64,000 nucleotides of DNA from Camelus ferus (Eukaryota): positions 32,552,001 through 32,616,000 of the forward strand of contig NC_045696.1 of assembly GCF_009834535.1 (NCBI RefSeq). The letters are read 5' to 3'. Both the position numbers and the translations under genes were made by a program. The notes below the pieces were generated by a model, which worked only from the letters and a program-made list of their open reading frames with translations, ran no database searches and was not told the DNA's origin. Position 1 is the first letter of the stretch. Every line of letters starts with the position of its first letter. Shown piece by piece: positions 14,220 through 27,369 of this stretch.

Positions 14220-14550
14220 TGAAGTTCTCTGCCACATTATTACAAGGATCAACTTTTCTGCAGTTTTCCATAATGTGTTCTTCATTTCATCTTGAGACCT
14301 CAACAAAACATCTTTCACGTCCCTGTTTCTACCAACATTCTAATTTAAACAGTCTAGGTTTTTTTTTTTTTTTTTCCTATTCAATGCTTCAGAGTTCTTT
14401 CTGCATGTACCCATCAGCAAATTCCAAAGTCACTTCTAGATTTTTAGGTATTTGTTACAACACACCTCACTTTTAGGTATCAATATTTGTATTAGTCTCC
14501 TATGACTATTGTAACAAATGACCACAGGCTTGTGGCTTAAACCAATATAC
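14220..14550 (-). mobile_element. MaLR (MLT1-type) LTR/internal junction fragment
   Basis: CCAAAGTCACTTCTAGATTTTTAGGTATTTGTTACAACACACCTCACTTTTAGGTATCAAT (internal start, reverse) joined to TGTATTAGT..GTAACAAATGACCACAGG..GGCTTAAAC (LTR end). Confidence 0.7.
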
Positions 14551-16169
14551 ATACTTGATCATTTATTTACCAAAATATTTTTGTAAGAATGTATATAAAT
14601 ACATGAATCACTTTATTTCGTGTATATAATGCAAATTTTGAATTTTCAGAGCCAACAAATAAGGAAATTAATGTTTTTAAGCACCCATGTACTGTGACTT
14701 AGAAACTTTATTTGCATTGTTTCAGTAAGTTCTTGCAGTTATCTTAGGTACATTAAATAATCTCAGTTTCTACTTACATCATGATTGTGAAGAGTTGGAC
14801 TTTTGGATATTTGCACAGATTCGTTTTCTTTTAGACACTCATCGGCCATTTGTAGCTTAGGTCAGATAAGAAAAATAATACAAATTAGTTACCTTAATAA
14901 TTTCCTTTAAATAAATACATCAAAAAAATCAGAATGATTTTCAGTACATTTAAACTAGAAATTTTAAGATATACCAACTAGCTTGTGATTTTTAAAAAAA
15001 TAACATTTTCTTCCATATCATTGTAGTTGTAGATTGAGAGGTGAATAGCATTATTGTCCACTGCAAAAAAGTTTTTGGTGTGGTTTGTTAATATGCTAAG
15101 CTCTCATAGTTCAGTTAGATTGGACATTTCCAGGTTCCAGTTGGAATATCTGCTATTCCACTTAAAAAAAATGCTGTGTAACGTAACTTATCTTCAAAAA
15201 GGATTAACTGTCACTATACAGGTACACGACATACCATGTAATCTCCCCGGTTAACTCATAAACTCATTCAGTGATGTACTTTTTCCCAATGTAATCTGTT
15301 TTCTATTAGCATTGTGAAAATGAAAATAATTGTCTAGAAAAAGCCAATATATTCACTCTTCCTCAAAATATCTAGAAAATTGAAGAAAAGTGAATACTTT
15401 AGGACAGGTTTCTGCATGCTTCTTTGTATTCTCTGCTTAACTTTAGATGTATCACTGGTATATATATATTTTTTTTTCTTAACTTTAGGAAAATCCACTA
15501 TAAAACTTAACTAAAACAACTATAATAAATGGCATCTTTTTGAGGAATTAACTTTTTTCCCAAAAACTGCATATCCATGTATGAGAGCTTTCTAGATCTT
15601 GGCTATCTGTATCCACTTTTTTACGCTCTGCGTTATCAGGTACTTATGGGTATGTGCTTATTAACACCATTTGCGTTTAAGTGTGATGATTTGGGTCACT
15701 CTTTTATGTTTGCATCTTTGTTTATTGAAACAAAGCACTCTTTAGGATTTGTTTGTTTTAACAGTTGTAAGCTCATAATTTTCACTGAAAGTAATTCCTT
15801 TCTGTAAATGAATATTTTGAAAATGAAAAGTAATTAAAGATTAACAAAGGTAAGCAAATGGACTTTTAAAGCTCCTTAATTATTTAAAGCACAATGAGTA
15901 TTTAAGATAACCAATCTTCTGCAAAAAATTAAAAACCCTGTAGCTAATTTGCATATTCAGTGAGTCCTGGAATTTCATTCACATTTGACAGGTGAGGGAA
16001 TTGTGGCAGAGAGTTTAAGTGATTTATGGCAAGTCGTTAAAAAAAAAAAAAAGAGCATGTTAGGGTTAGGGTTATTTTTGCCACACATTTTACTTTTACA
16101 GTTTGTAAACCTCACACTATGTTGTTCTCATTTCTGTTCAAAAACTCACTTATCTCTTCTCCCCAGCAC

Positions 16170-16430
16170 TCTCTTCTGAGAACTATGGCTGCCTTGGGAG
16201 TCAGCCAGGCTCCTCCTGGGTTTCCCGTCCCTGCAGCGAAATGGAAATTATCTCGATACAGTGAGCTGGAGTATGTCAACGGCTTACCTCATTTGTCCAT
16301 CTTCAGGGCTCACTCTCTTTTATCTCTTGTCTGATAAACAATATTTTGCAAACTGCTACTTCATATATTTCGTTTGGCGCAGTAGGAGAGTAAATCTGGC
16401 CCTTGTTACTGCATTTTGGCCCTCTAAAGT
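16170..16430 (-). mobile_element. Old L1M-type 5'-end fragment
   Basis: AAACTGCTACTTCATATATTT...GGAGAGTAAATCTGGCCCTTGTTACT..ATTTTGGCC resembles the reverse of ancient L1M 5' ends (from recall). Confidence 0.4.
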
Positions 16431-16444
16431 AAGTTGAGTAGACT

Positions 16445-16470
16445 ACACACACACACACGCACACACACAC
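16445..16470 (+). repeat. (CA)n microsatellite
   Basis: Read directly from the sequence. Confidence 0.9.
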
Positions 16471-16559
16471 TTAGCTCCTCAAATCCCAAGCCTTCTTGGA
16501 CTAAGAATTATGGAGGTACATTTAAAACAAAACAAAGATTTAATTCTGTGTGAGATATA

Positions 16560-16770
16560 ATAGGAAGAAACTGGACTTTGGAGTCTGATGACCTGGTTTA
16601 AAATCCAGGAATGTAGCTCTGTGAGACTCTGAACAAATGACATAGTCTATCTTAGACCCATTTTTGTTGCCTGAAAAACCAAATTAAAAATTCCAAGCTC
16701 ACAAGATTATATTGAAGACCAGAACACCAACCCGACTATTTAGCTCATAATAGAACTTCTAAAATGCTTG
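16560..16770 (+). mobile_element. MIR SINE relic
   Basis: CTGGACTTTGGAGTCTGATGACCTGGTTTAAAATCCAG..TAGCTCTGTGAGACTCTGAACAAATGAC, MIR core-like. Confidence 0.6.
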
Positions 16771-18094
16771 TTTTATTCTCCATTGAAATGGCTATGTTTC
16801 CGTATCAAGTTGCATAAATTTGAATGCTCAGTGTGTCAGAATACCAGTATGTATACTAAGTTACCATCTTAAAATTCTGTGAAAATAAATAACCATCCCA
16901 TTTTTATAGTTAAGGAGAAGGGATCTCCATAAAATAAGGTCGGATACACAAAATAAGTAAGCATTTCTTAAAGGATTTGAACCCAGTTCACTTTTCATAC
17001 AGATTTTTTCTACTTCTCTCTGCAGAGTTTAGCCTCTTTTTCATAAAATAATTTCCAAGAATGTTTTATTTTTTGAGATACAGATCTGTTAATACTAGGA
17101 TTTTCAAACACTCTTCACTAGCGTTTGTTATTTCACGAACTAAATATATCTCAAATTCCATAGTATCTATAGCTATGTACTGCTGCTTCCATAAACTCTG
17201 CGTTACAATAAATATTCCAAGTGTTTTTCTCAGTAAGTGAACTTAATTTTATACACAAAATTAATGTTACTGTTTTCCTTAAAATTCTGTTTTTGGCTCT
17301 CACACACCCAAAAGACTCTTTAGTTCAGTCCTGGAAAAATATCAAAATATATACCTGTAAGGCAGTAGCTTTCACTTTTTATAGTTTATGATGGAGCATG
17401 TTTTGGTTATTCTTTGTGATAAAATATAAATTTCTGTCATGTGTGCTATAAATTGACAATGTCAAAGAAGCAGCATTTTGGAGGCTTGACAAATGTCATA
17501 ACCACTTGTAAAATCACATGCTACGATTTTATGGCAGTATTTTAAAATGTTTTGCATTAGCTGCGCTCTGAATCATTATCAGGAGGATTACACTTTTTCC
17601 CTACTAGTAGTATTTTATGCTCTTTCAGTATGACATTTTCTTTTAGTCTATTTTGAGTTAATCTCCCTTTCTGTCAAATATTCTTTGGTAAAATGTTTTA
17701 ACCATCCATTTTTCATACATGATCTTTGAGACTGTATTTCTCAGTCTGATTCCATGTCTCCTGTCTGCACTTAGAGACACATGCCACTTCTGCCACAATT
17801 TCACAAGCACAGATATCCACCTTTTTATCACCTTTTAAATTTATACATTTTTCTAGTGACCAAACTCAGCGATCCGTCTTAGTACTTTTTCATGTTTCTT
17901 TCCGCAGGAACCTCTCCTGTCACCTTCCTCATGTAATCACTGCAGGTACACTAAGTGCCACATTATCAGTTTGCTGCTGTGCTCTCCCAGGACATTTTGG
18001 GAAAATCCTAGGGTAGCTTAGTTTTCGAGAAATAGTGGGGAACATCAGCACACCCACATATACATAGAGGAGTGTACACGTAAAATCTTTCTTT

Positions 18095-18400
18095 TTAGAG
18101 CTTGGTGCTTAAGAGTGCAGAATCTGGAGTAAGCTTCCTGGGTTCAAAACCGAGCTTTTTTTTTTTTTTTTTTTAATTGAAGTATCATTGATTTACAATA
18201 TTGTCTTAGTTTCAGGTGTACATCTCAGCTCTTTGAAAAATAATTGTGTGACATTCGACAAATTGCATAATCTTGTTGCGTTTCAATCTTCTTAGTAATA
18301 AAATGGGAGTGACTAACATACTTACCCATGAGTCTTGTTATGCTGAGAAGAGGGCCTGATATGTAATAGTTATCATGTAAATGTTAGCTATGACTACTGC
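18095..18400 (+). mobile_element. MIR SINE interrupted by a short L1 3' tail
   Basis: GGTGCTTAAGAGTGCAG..CCTGGGTTCAAA, then the insert, then TGTGTGACATTCGACAAATTGCATAATC..TAAAATGGGAG. Confidence 0.65.
18156..18222 (-). mobile_element. Extremely truncated L1 3' end (about 48 bp plus a 19-nt poly(A))
   Basis: T19-AATTGAAGTATCATTGATTTACAATATTGTCTTAGTTTCAGGTGTACA resembles the reverse complement of the L1 terminus at 52447-52512. Confidence 0.8.
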
Positions 18401-18628
18401 TACCGCTAATGCTACTACTATTACTATTGCATTGACTATGATAGTAAAAGTAAAGATTCATTTAGGCAAACGTATGCCAGAAACAAAATACTGATTTTGG
18501 TGATTCATGTCATGTACCTCTCCCACACTGTCCCCAAATCTAGAGCATTCCTAGTAATGTTATTTATTTCCTTCTTATCATAAACGTCTTCTCTCAAGGG
18601 AAACAATGAAATAAGGAAACAAAAACAT

Positions 18629-18722
18629 GGGGGCCAGGGAATAGCTCAGTGGTAGAGTACATGCTGAGCATGCACGAGGTCCTGGGTTCAATCCCCAGTA
18701 ACTCTATTAAAAAAATAAATAA
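18629..18722 (+). mobile_element. tRNA-Ala-derived SINE (camelid Vic-1 type)
   Basis: A box TAGCTCAGTGG, arm ATGCTGAGCATGCAC, B box GGTTCAATCCC, A-rich tail. Confidence 0.85.
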
Positions 18723-18901
18723 GTATGATTTCTTTAACCATGATTATAAATGATACTTACTTTCAAAAATTTTCTACTTATTTTTAACAGAAAGACAAAT
18801 AAGGGAAATAGTTAACTTTATTAAATAAATTTTTAAGCATTGCAAAACTTGACAGTATCAATTTTTTTTAATCATCCAACTACCCTGTCAAGAAAATACC
18901 A

Positions 18902-19263
18902 TGGGGGAAGTGAGGGGAAGGGATAGCTTAGGAGTTTGGGGTTAACAGATACACATTACTATATATAAAATGAAGAGCAAGGACCTACTATATAGCATAG
19001 GGAACTATATTCAGTTTCTATTATAAGAAATAGATTATAAATTATAAGATAATTAAATTTTTAAAATTTCTTTACAGATAAATTTAAGTTTATAAGATTA
19101 TAAATTTATAATTTTACAGATTACAAGAGCCATAATGGAAAAGAAACTGAAAAAAAAATGTGTATATATATATACATGTGTATAACTGAATCGCTTTGCT
19201 GTACACATGAAATTAACATTGTAAATTGACTACACGTCAATAAAAAATAAGAATTTTTAAAAA
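18902..19263 (+). mobile_element. L1 3'UTR fragment (artiodactyl-type) with an internal AT-rich expansion
   Basis: GGAGTTTGGGGTTAACAGATACACATTACTATATATAAAA..TATAGCATAGGGAACTATATTCA..AACTGAATCGCTTTGCTGTACAC, colinear with 52255-52512. Confidence 0.85.
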
Positions 19264-19999
19264 GTAAGGCCACTAGACTTTGCAAAAGAGTATTGTACCA
19301 TTTTACAAATAACGTTATTAAAGTTCATTAAAATAAATAGCTTGTTCAAGATCAGATATAAAGTAAGAGTTGGTGTTAATTATCAAGTCCTGTCTTTCTG
19401 GTTCTAGAGATAAAGAAATGAAATCTTAAGTCCAAATCTGGAATTTCTAATTGAGTAACATTCCATAACCAGCTGAATGGAATGAATAAAAGGGTGGATA
19501 CTATCTTAACTAAAATTATATGGGTTTCATAATCAAATTGGTATATGCTAAAAAAAAGAAGAAAAGAAAAAAAAATCATTACTGGGTGACCTTAGGAGGG
19601 TTCCTTGATATTCTTGAAACTCAGATTCCTCATTGTCAGTGACATGGGTATAAACACCCCCTCTTTGTGAGAATATTTTGAAAATGAAATGTCTACAGCT
19701 TTTCTGGCTCAGTATGTGTGTTTCCTTCTCTTTCCATTCAAGACCTAGCACTGATTTTTACATGTGAGCACTATTCAGTGGACATCCTTTCATTAAAATC
19801 ACAATTGCCTTGTAAGAGTAGCTCCTTAGTTTTCTTCTAGTTGGTCATTATTTTGATTCATTTATTTAGAATGATTTTTTTCCTTACAAGCTCATGACTA
19901 AATATGGTGTTACTTTCTTTATTTCAGAAAGTTGGTAAATGATTATAGTAGTTTTCAATCACCTCTGAAGATTAGAACTAAGAACCTGTAAAGAGGCTC

Positions 20000-20028
20000 G
20001 TGATGGTTGTGATGGTTGTGATGGTTGT
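20000..20028 (+). repeat. (GTGATGGTT)3 tandem repeat
   Basis: Read directly from the sequence. Confidence 0.9.
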
Positions 20029-22094
20029 TTCTGTTTTAAGTAGCTTATTTCTTGGCAGTCCGGACTCATAAACTATTGGAGATGCTAGTTTTTTGTGGTC
20101 TGAGTATAATTTACCACTTGAAACGAGACATAGACGACAGATTAAGGGTTTGTGAAATAATGTATATTAGTGCCAAATTTCACTCAAAGGGATATTTTTA
20201 ATTTAAGTAACTGTTAATATTTGCAAGACTATTGCTCCTACTATATACATTTGTAACTCTCTGGCTTTCCTGATCTGTTTTCTCATTCTCTTCTCTCAAA
20301 ATGATTTATCCAATAAAGGTAGCTAGGAAAATATTCACTTGCAAAGAAAGTGCCTTTTTTCTCCCAAATCCAAAACTATGGCCATGATCTATAAAGAAAA
20401 ATGGATAGGTCAGAAAAATGTATATGAAATGAAACAGAGTAGTCATTTGCCATGGGTCAGTCCTTCAATTGCTGTGATTATGGTACATAATTATATTTTA
20501 ATATTTTACACGTGACACAAATGAAAATATGGAGGAAAGTAAGCAGGCAGCATTTTGATGTTAATAATTCTTAATGAAGAAGCTACATACAGGCAGGATT
20601 TCCCTGCTCAAACTGTAATAATTTGAAGTACTTGTTACCATTGACTTGAAATATATGAAAGTGAGAAAACCTCTGTCAAAGCATATGTGCACCATCCCTG
20701 TCACTTAGGGCAAGATTTTTCACCTTTTGTTCTTTCTTTAAATTTGTAAGTGCATTTCACAAGCTATTTGCATTTTCAAAATCTTTAAATATCTCAGTAG
20801 AGCAAATCACTGTTTTGAAGCTACAGCCCTCAACCAGTTAACCCTGCTCAGCTCTACTCATGCTCATTAATCTTTACCCATGTAAAGACTGCTTTACAGT
20901 TTTAAAAACAGAAGTGTAGATGTTTGGTGGCAAATGGCTAGAGAGTGTAGATTTCATTGGCTCCTCAACACTGTAGCCTTAAAAACTCCTAGGGCAGCTG
21001 ATTTTTTGCATGTTTGGGTATATTGGCATGAGCCTCCTAGAAAACTTGGTCTATGAAGTTTCCTTTGTAAGCAACCCATGTATTTCCTGTCCTCTGATGT
21101 CCAAAGGAGAATAGAGGTGGTCTTTTCTGTCTCAGTAATCTATAGCACAGCAGGTGAGCTTGATTAATGATTGGTATGAGAAACTTATTTATATACTTTA
21201 ATATGTCCAGTATGGACACCTAAATGAAAACTGATTTTTAAAGTATTTCTGAGGAAGCAAAAATACAGTTCCAGCAGAACAAATTTTCTGAGATTTCATC
21301 AAATTAAGGCATAAATGAAAATTTGGCTTGTATGAATTTTATTCAAGTGGCAAGTGATACGAGCCAAGATGTGACCATTTCTCAAAAAAAAAAAAAGAAA
21401 AAAGTAAGCTTCTTGTTTTCAAACAGAGTTGTGGTGATCGTTATAAATGCTCTGCTCCCCCAAAAAGTAAAGCCCTATAAATCCAGACAGAAATAGGAAG
21501 AATAATAGGTTAAGGAATTACTATAGCTGGGGGTCATTAGCTATAATCAAGGGCCAGCTTAGAGACAGAACAAGAAGCAGAAGGTGAGTTTGATCTTTAG
21601 CCAGATCAGAAGCCATGCACTGTGGAGGCCATCTGGACACCAGAAAGCTATTTTAAATTGTGGTCAATGATTTTTATTAATTTGGAATAAGTCCTTAAAT
21701 TCTAGGACAAGAACAAATCTTTCTATAGATAATCTGGGAATCTCCCTCTCTTCAGATCTCTTGTTAGTGTTATAAACTATTCTAAGCCTATCATTTTAGA
21801 AATACTACTGTCACAGAAGCTGAGATGCATGATGATATATTGCAGTTCAGTCCTAGCAAATCTGATCTCTCCATATTTACTCAGATGTGCACCATATGTT
21901 GATAATTTCTTTTTTGTATTCTTTAGGAAAAAATTCACCATCCACTTAGGAGAATACTCAATTTATTTGTGTTTAAACAGCATGTATTGAGTTTGTGATA
22001 TCTGATTGCTTAAAGCAATCCATTGTCTTGGAATGTTAATGTTTCCCATAATTCTTGCTTTTCAACTGTTACTGTCATAGAGAACCATCTATAT

Positions 22095-22280
22095 CTATAC
22101 TGTTCAATACAGTAGCCACTGGCCACATGTAGTTATTTAAATTTGAATTTAAAATAACTAAAATAAAATGTATAACAAATTTGTTTCCTTCAGTGATACT
22201 GGCTCTATTTCAAGTCCTCAGTAGCCATAGGTAGATAGAGATTCATCCATCATCAGGGAAAGCGCTCTAGGACAGCCCCC
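22095..22280. mobile_element. MER3-like hAT-Charlie MITE
   Basis: CTGTTCAATACAGTAGCCACTGGCCACATGTAGTTATTTAAATTTGAATT..TTTCAAGTCCTCAGTAGCCA..CCATCATCAGGGAAAG..GGACAGC. Confidence 0.75.
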
Positions 22281-22290
22281 TCTTCGAGAC

Positions 22291-22514
22291 CATGTGTGGG
22301 CAAACCATGGCCTGTTAGTCAAATCCAGCACACCACCTGTTGTTATGAATTAAGTTTAACGGGCACACAGCCATGCCTGTTCGTTTAAGTGTTACGTGTG
22401 GCTGCTTTACTCCACAGAGGCAGTGTGGAGTGGTTGTGACAGATAACAGTGTCTCCCATGAATCTTAAAATATTTAGTTTCTGGCCTTTGGCAAAAGACG
22501 TCTGCTGAACTCTG
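22291..22514. mobile_element. MER58A-like hAT-Charlie MITE
   Basis: GGGCAAACCATGGCCTG..AAATCCAGC..CACACAGCCATGCCTGTTCGTTTA..TAAAATATTTA..CTGGCCTTT. 8-bp TSD-like flanks TTCGAGAC / ATCTAGAC. Confidence 0.8.
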
Positions 22515-25509
22515 ATCTAGACCATAGTCTAAAGTACATTTTTAAGAGTTATAACAAGGAGCAACTCTTGACTTTTGTTTTCCATTCTTTTAATTTTTAT
22601 GTAATTGATATTTTATGTAAATATGTTTCAAGGTCCCAGTCTTTTCTTGTCTAGGGCTCTTCCCGCAGAGGGATAGCCTTAAGTGCTTTTTCAGATCCAG
22701 GTAGGAAAACGATTGTAGGGAATGGCTGCTCTTGTTTATGTCAAATTGAAGTCATAAATTCTGTAGATACAGGGAATGCTGGGTATTACAATGGCTAAGC
22801 CTGCCATTACAGCCCCAAAATGTATCATAAATCAGTTTGGAGTTGGAAATATTTAGAAGCCTCTTTCTTCACGTCTGTCTTATATGTAACAAATGCAGTT
22901 CACGATGTTCCTCAGTAATTTGAAGTTCATTTTGTATTTACAGACTCGATTGCACTTTATATGCAAATGACTCATTATACTTTAGAAAAGCAGTATGTTA
23001 ATTTGATTAATTTCTTACTTTATTTAGATCTTATGAAATATCACCTGCCATTCAATCTACACACCAGTTATAACAAAACAAACATTACAAAGAGCTGCAG
23101 CATTAAATTTCTCTTAATCAGAAGACAGGTATGACAGGGTTCACTTTATGCACATGTGAATACTGGATGTGCTGGAGATTTGGAACTCTTGGCTACCAAT
23201 CCCTCCATGGGCCCTAAATAACCATCTCTCTGTAATAAAACTGTCTATCTAAAATAGACACCTGACAATGTTGATTCCATTTTCTATGTGGTTTGCAGTA
23301 GTTTGTGAACTAGGCAATTTCTGTTTGCAAGTCTGAGGTACAATGTAAATAAAACATTGCTTTGCAAGTATCTTTTGTGGCAATTCCTTGTATCTCACAT
23401 GATGCCATCCCCTTTGAAGGAGTTTGTTTCCTCTTGTCATTGCCTCTGGTCATGGGGAATGATAAGGATAATTATGTCGTCTACCCCTGTGATACTTGGT
23501 GCTGTATGTCTCCCTGGTAGGATGCCATATTTCCTCTTTTCAAAGCAGCTTCCGTTCCTTCTGTCCACTGACTCAGCGTTAGGAAAAGGGGAAATGTTCA
23601 GCATGACACCGCAGGCGAGAATTTATTCCTGGAAGCCACAGAAGGGAAGCTAGCATGGTCTGCTGGAAAAAGCAACCCTTGAGCAGAGTAACCCTGTAGG
23701 GTCAGTTGGCCATCACACACTAGTGCTGTGTGTAGAAGGAATGATACTTTAGGACTTTGGACTTATGTCCTCATGTGGTCCTTATGGCATAACTGAATGG
23801 CTTATTAAGGGGAGTAAAATTTAGCAACTCTTGTCCCAGCAATGCTATGGGAAATTATAGCACATGAGAAGGGATATAGAGGTGGGGAAGCCTCAGACTA
23901 GTAGGGTGTTCTAGGGTATTTAGAAAGCAAGCTATGGAAAAGAAACAGGCATTTTATGTTAAACTGATTAACTGATAGAAGGGAAACACCAATTGGAAGA
24001 AAAATAAGACTATGAGAAAAGTGGAAGAGAGGATTGGTTTAAACAAAAAATATTCAGATGTGAGAAAGGATAATACAAACCCGGGATCCATTAGGAGAGG
24101 GAAATTCAGAGGAACGCTGAACAGTCCAATAGAAAAGAAAGTATAATCAATCATGGTAATTGGCCTGATAATGCTTTAGCAGCTAAATATTTTAACTTGT
24201 TTTTACATTTATATTTAGGCTCAAGATTGGCCTCTTTTGGATACTTTTAATTGCTGTATTGTTTTCTTTTTTCCTCCTCCTTTTTTTTTTTTTGAAGATC
24301 AAAAGTGATATTTATCCTACCTAAGTTTTTGCAAGAATGATTATCCCACATTGATTACATCAAGTTTTATATAAGATACTCATCCAAGGTTGTTACCACT
24401 TGGATTTTCTTTTCACTGAATTTCTTAATAAGGAGCTTTTATAGCTTTTCCACTGAGGAACTTTGTAGTGACCTTGAGTAAACTAGAAGTATGTAGGAAG
24501 ACATCTGGTAGTTCAGAAATTTGTTGTTTGCATGTGAAGTAGGAGTAAGATTTAGTAAATTTGAGAGATATGTGTAGTCAGATTAGTAGAATATTATTAA
24601 TGACTTTAGACTATGGTATATATTTTAATTGATGTTTATAAATAGCTTTGTTCCCTGTGGTTTTGTAATATAACATTTACCAAACTCCCTTTTTGATGGA
24701 ATTTACATATGGCACATCAGGATGATTAAAAGCCAGCAGTCTTTTCACAGCATGGCAAAAAATAGGATTTGATTTATCTTTCTGCCTTGCCTACCACTTG
24801 CTGTGATGGTACTTTTGAAATTTTAATATTCTCATTTCTCATAAGGAGTTTGTTATGTAAAGTATTATGTAAATAACTTTTTACACTTCTAAGAATTGTT
24901 TTTTTGAATCTTTATTTAATAAAATAATTGTATGATGAGAGAAAAGGTGTGCTTGGTTCTTACAGCCCGTAATGTTTTCTCAAGGGATAATATGTTTTAA
25001 ATTTAGCAGAATTGTATGTATTCTAACATATTGGAATGTTGAAATCACTAAGACCATGACTTTTTAATAAGTACTTAAAAGGTTTCAAAGTATTCAACAT
25101 GTAGAATTATCTACCTTGGCATATATTAGCATTGCTAGAACATTGTTAAAAATTAGGACACTAACAGAGTTGAATTTGTTACTCTTCCAGCAAATGCAAT
25201 TCTGAATTCTATGTTTAATTGGTAGGATATACAGAGTAGAATATATGTTAAGATATTATATGGTTATAGAGGCAGATTGATGATAATACCTGTATGGTGT
25301 GTGTGTGTGTGAGTAAGAGATAATACAATGTTAATATAAGAAGAAAACAGTTTTCTTTCCATAAATAGAATCACACTATATGGTGAGTATTTTAACATGT
25401 CAGGATTATAGCAAGTTCAATTGAGTGATATTCTAATTTAGGTAAAATAGACTGCATACTTGTTTTAATGATTTCATCCCTTGATTCCATCTAAAATAAT
25501 ACTAGCTAC

Positions 25510-25700
25510 TATGAAATAAGAACTCATCATGTGTGAGAGATTTAACATCATTTTACTCTAGCCTTATCATAACCTTTTAATTATAACATTTATATTCTAT
25601 GGTTGGGATAAATTTAGACTCAGATTTGATTCACATGGCAGTGGTCACAGGTAGTAAGTAGCAGTATCAAGATTTGAATCCAGATACCCATGACAAAAGC
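25510..25700 (-). mobile_element. MIR relic
   Basis: TTTTACTCTAGCCTTATCATAACC..GTGGTCACAGGTAGTAAGTAGCAG..AAGATTTGAATCCAG. Confidence 0.55.
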
Positions 25701-27369
25701 TCTATTCAAACCAACATCTACATTGTTTTATTTAAAAAATGGTGTTATTCTTCCCTTTATTAGTGAAAACCAAGACATATAAAATTTGAATATTGCAGTT
25801 ACTCATTTTCCTTCCAGTAGATTGTCCTTGGATGTGGGGTTATGAGGTGAGTATTTATTCTATTGGAGAGGTGTAGGAAATTGTTCCCTCTAAAGCCACA
25901 AGACATAATTCTAACAAGAACTCTCTCCTATACAGTCCTTTAATAGCACCGTTTCATTTCCAGTGTCTAAACCACTTTCATTCTAATGGTTCCCTTTTGA
26001 TCCTGTTGAACTTGTCAACAGCTCTCTGAAGTAAGTCTCATTAGATCTGTGATACAGGTGGAGATGCTGAGCTCCTGGTACAGGGGGACACAGTTGTGAA
26101 GGGGCTGTGCTGAGACTTGGGTCCAGGTCTAAAAGTAGCTGTGCCCTTTCTGCTTCACCACAGCTGCTTTCATGAATGAAAGAAGAAGGAGTCTGCTTTG
26201 TTCATGTTTATTTTAACTCTTAAGGAAAAAAAAATCACTGAAAAGTTTGAGATGCTGGTAAAGATTTCAAAGTTAAAAGCCATGGGTCTGGAAGTCAGGG
26301 TCAGATGACAGATACTGTATTATATGAAATTTTTATCAAGAATACTATTGTCAGGAAATTTTGATGCCATTTCCAGCCTGTTTGTAATAAAATCATAGTG
26401 TTAAAAGTCACCCCACATTGACTGCTTCTGTAGAAGATTTGATACTGTGGGATGTGTTTGGGTTTCTGCCATGTCAGTGTGACGTGGGAAGTGAGAGAGG
26501 TGATGGTTGGGATACAGGAATGGGTGCCTAATCAGCTACACTCACCTTTAAGGGCAACGATATGAAGTGACTACATTGTATTGTAGAGCCATTTGTGATG
26601 TTATGTGGAAGAGGCAAGGGATATGAAATGTACACTTTCCACGAGTGAATATATTTGTAAGTCAGAAAAGCTTTTTAATTCAACACTCAGATTGTGGGTA
26701 TTTTCGATGGGGAAGTCTGCATTGAAAATCTCTGTGAGGGATTCACAAACATCCATTCTTGGTTTAAATGATACTTAAAGAGCTTTCATGATGACAGCTG
26801 TTTAGATCAAAATTATAAAGATTACATTTTCAAAAAACAAAAATCCAGCTTTGTGAGATTCTTCCAGAGTTTGACTTGTAATTTCACACCTTTGCCAAGT
26901 ATACTGATACATAAGAATGTCATAATAGATCAGCATGACAAAGATCAATTATATTGACACATAAATCAGCATAGCTTGAAAGGTCACAATGACCTAATTT
27001 TATCAGTAAAATAGAATATTTTAAGATGATACTAAATTTTTACAAAGACTTCCTATTTTCAATTACTGCTATGAAATGTGTCCAGAATATGTGAAACCTT
27101 TGAAGTTTTCATGTTTCTCAGTTCTCGTTTTTACTTCCCCACTGCTCGTGATACCCAGTGTGCAGGAATGTCTTTGCAATTCTATCCCAGCACCCCACTC
27201 CTCAACTTACTTGTGTTACATACTCCAGCTCTATTGTTCCATTTAATATGTATGTCTGGACTTCTGTTGGAAGTCTACCAGGTAGTTTAATCAAATTTTT
27301 GTAAGTAGTTCATGTTCTTGTCAATGACTGATACTTTTTTAGTCACAATATGTCTCCATTCGTTAGTTT

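Noticed and set aside
16060..16074. TTAGGGTTAGGGTTA telomere-like repeat
   Set aside because: Only 2.5 units, too short to call an interstitial telomeric sequence.
18637..18705. Possible tRNA-Ala gene (also 42371-42442)
   Set aside because: Acceptor stem is broken, A-rich tails follow, and two diverged copies are present: these are SINEs.
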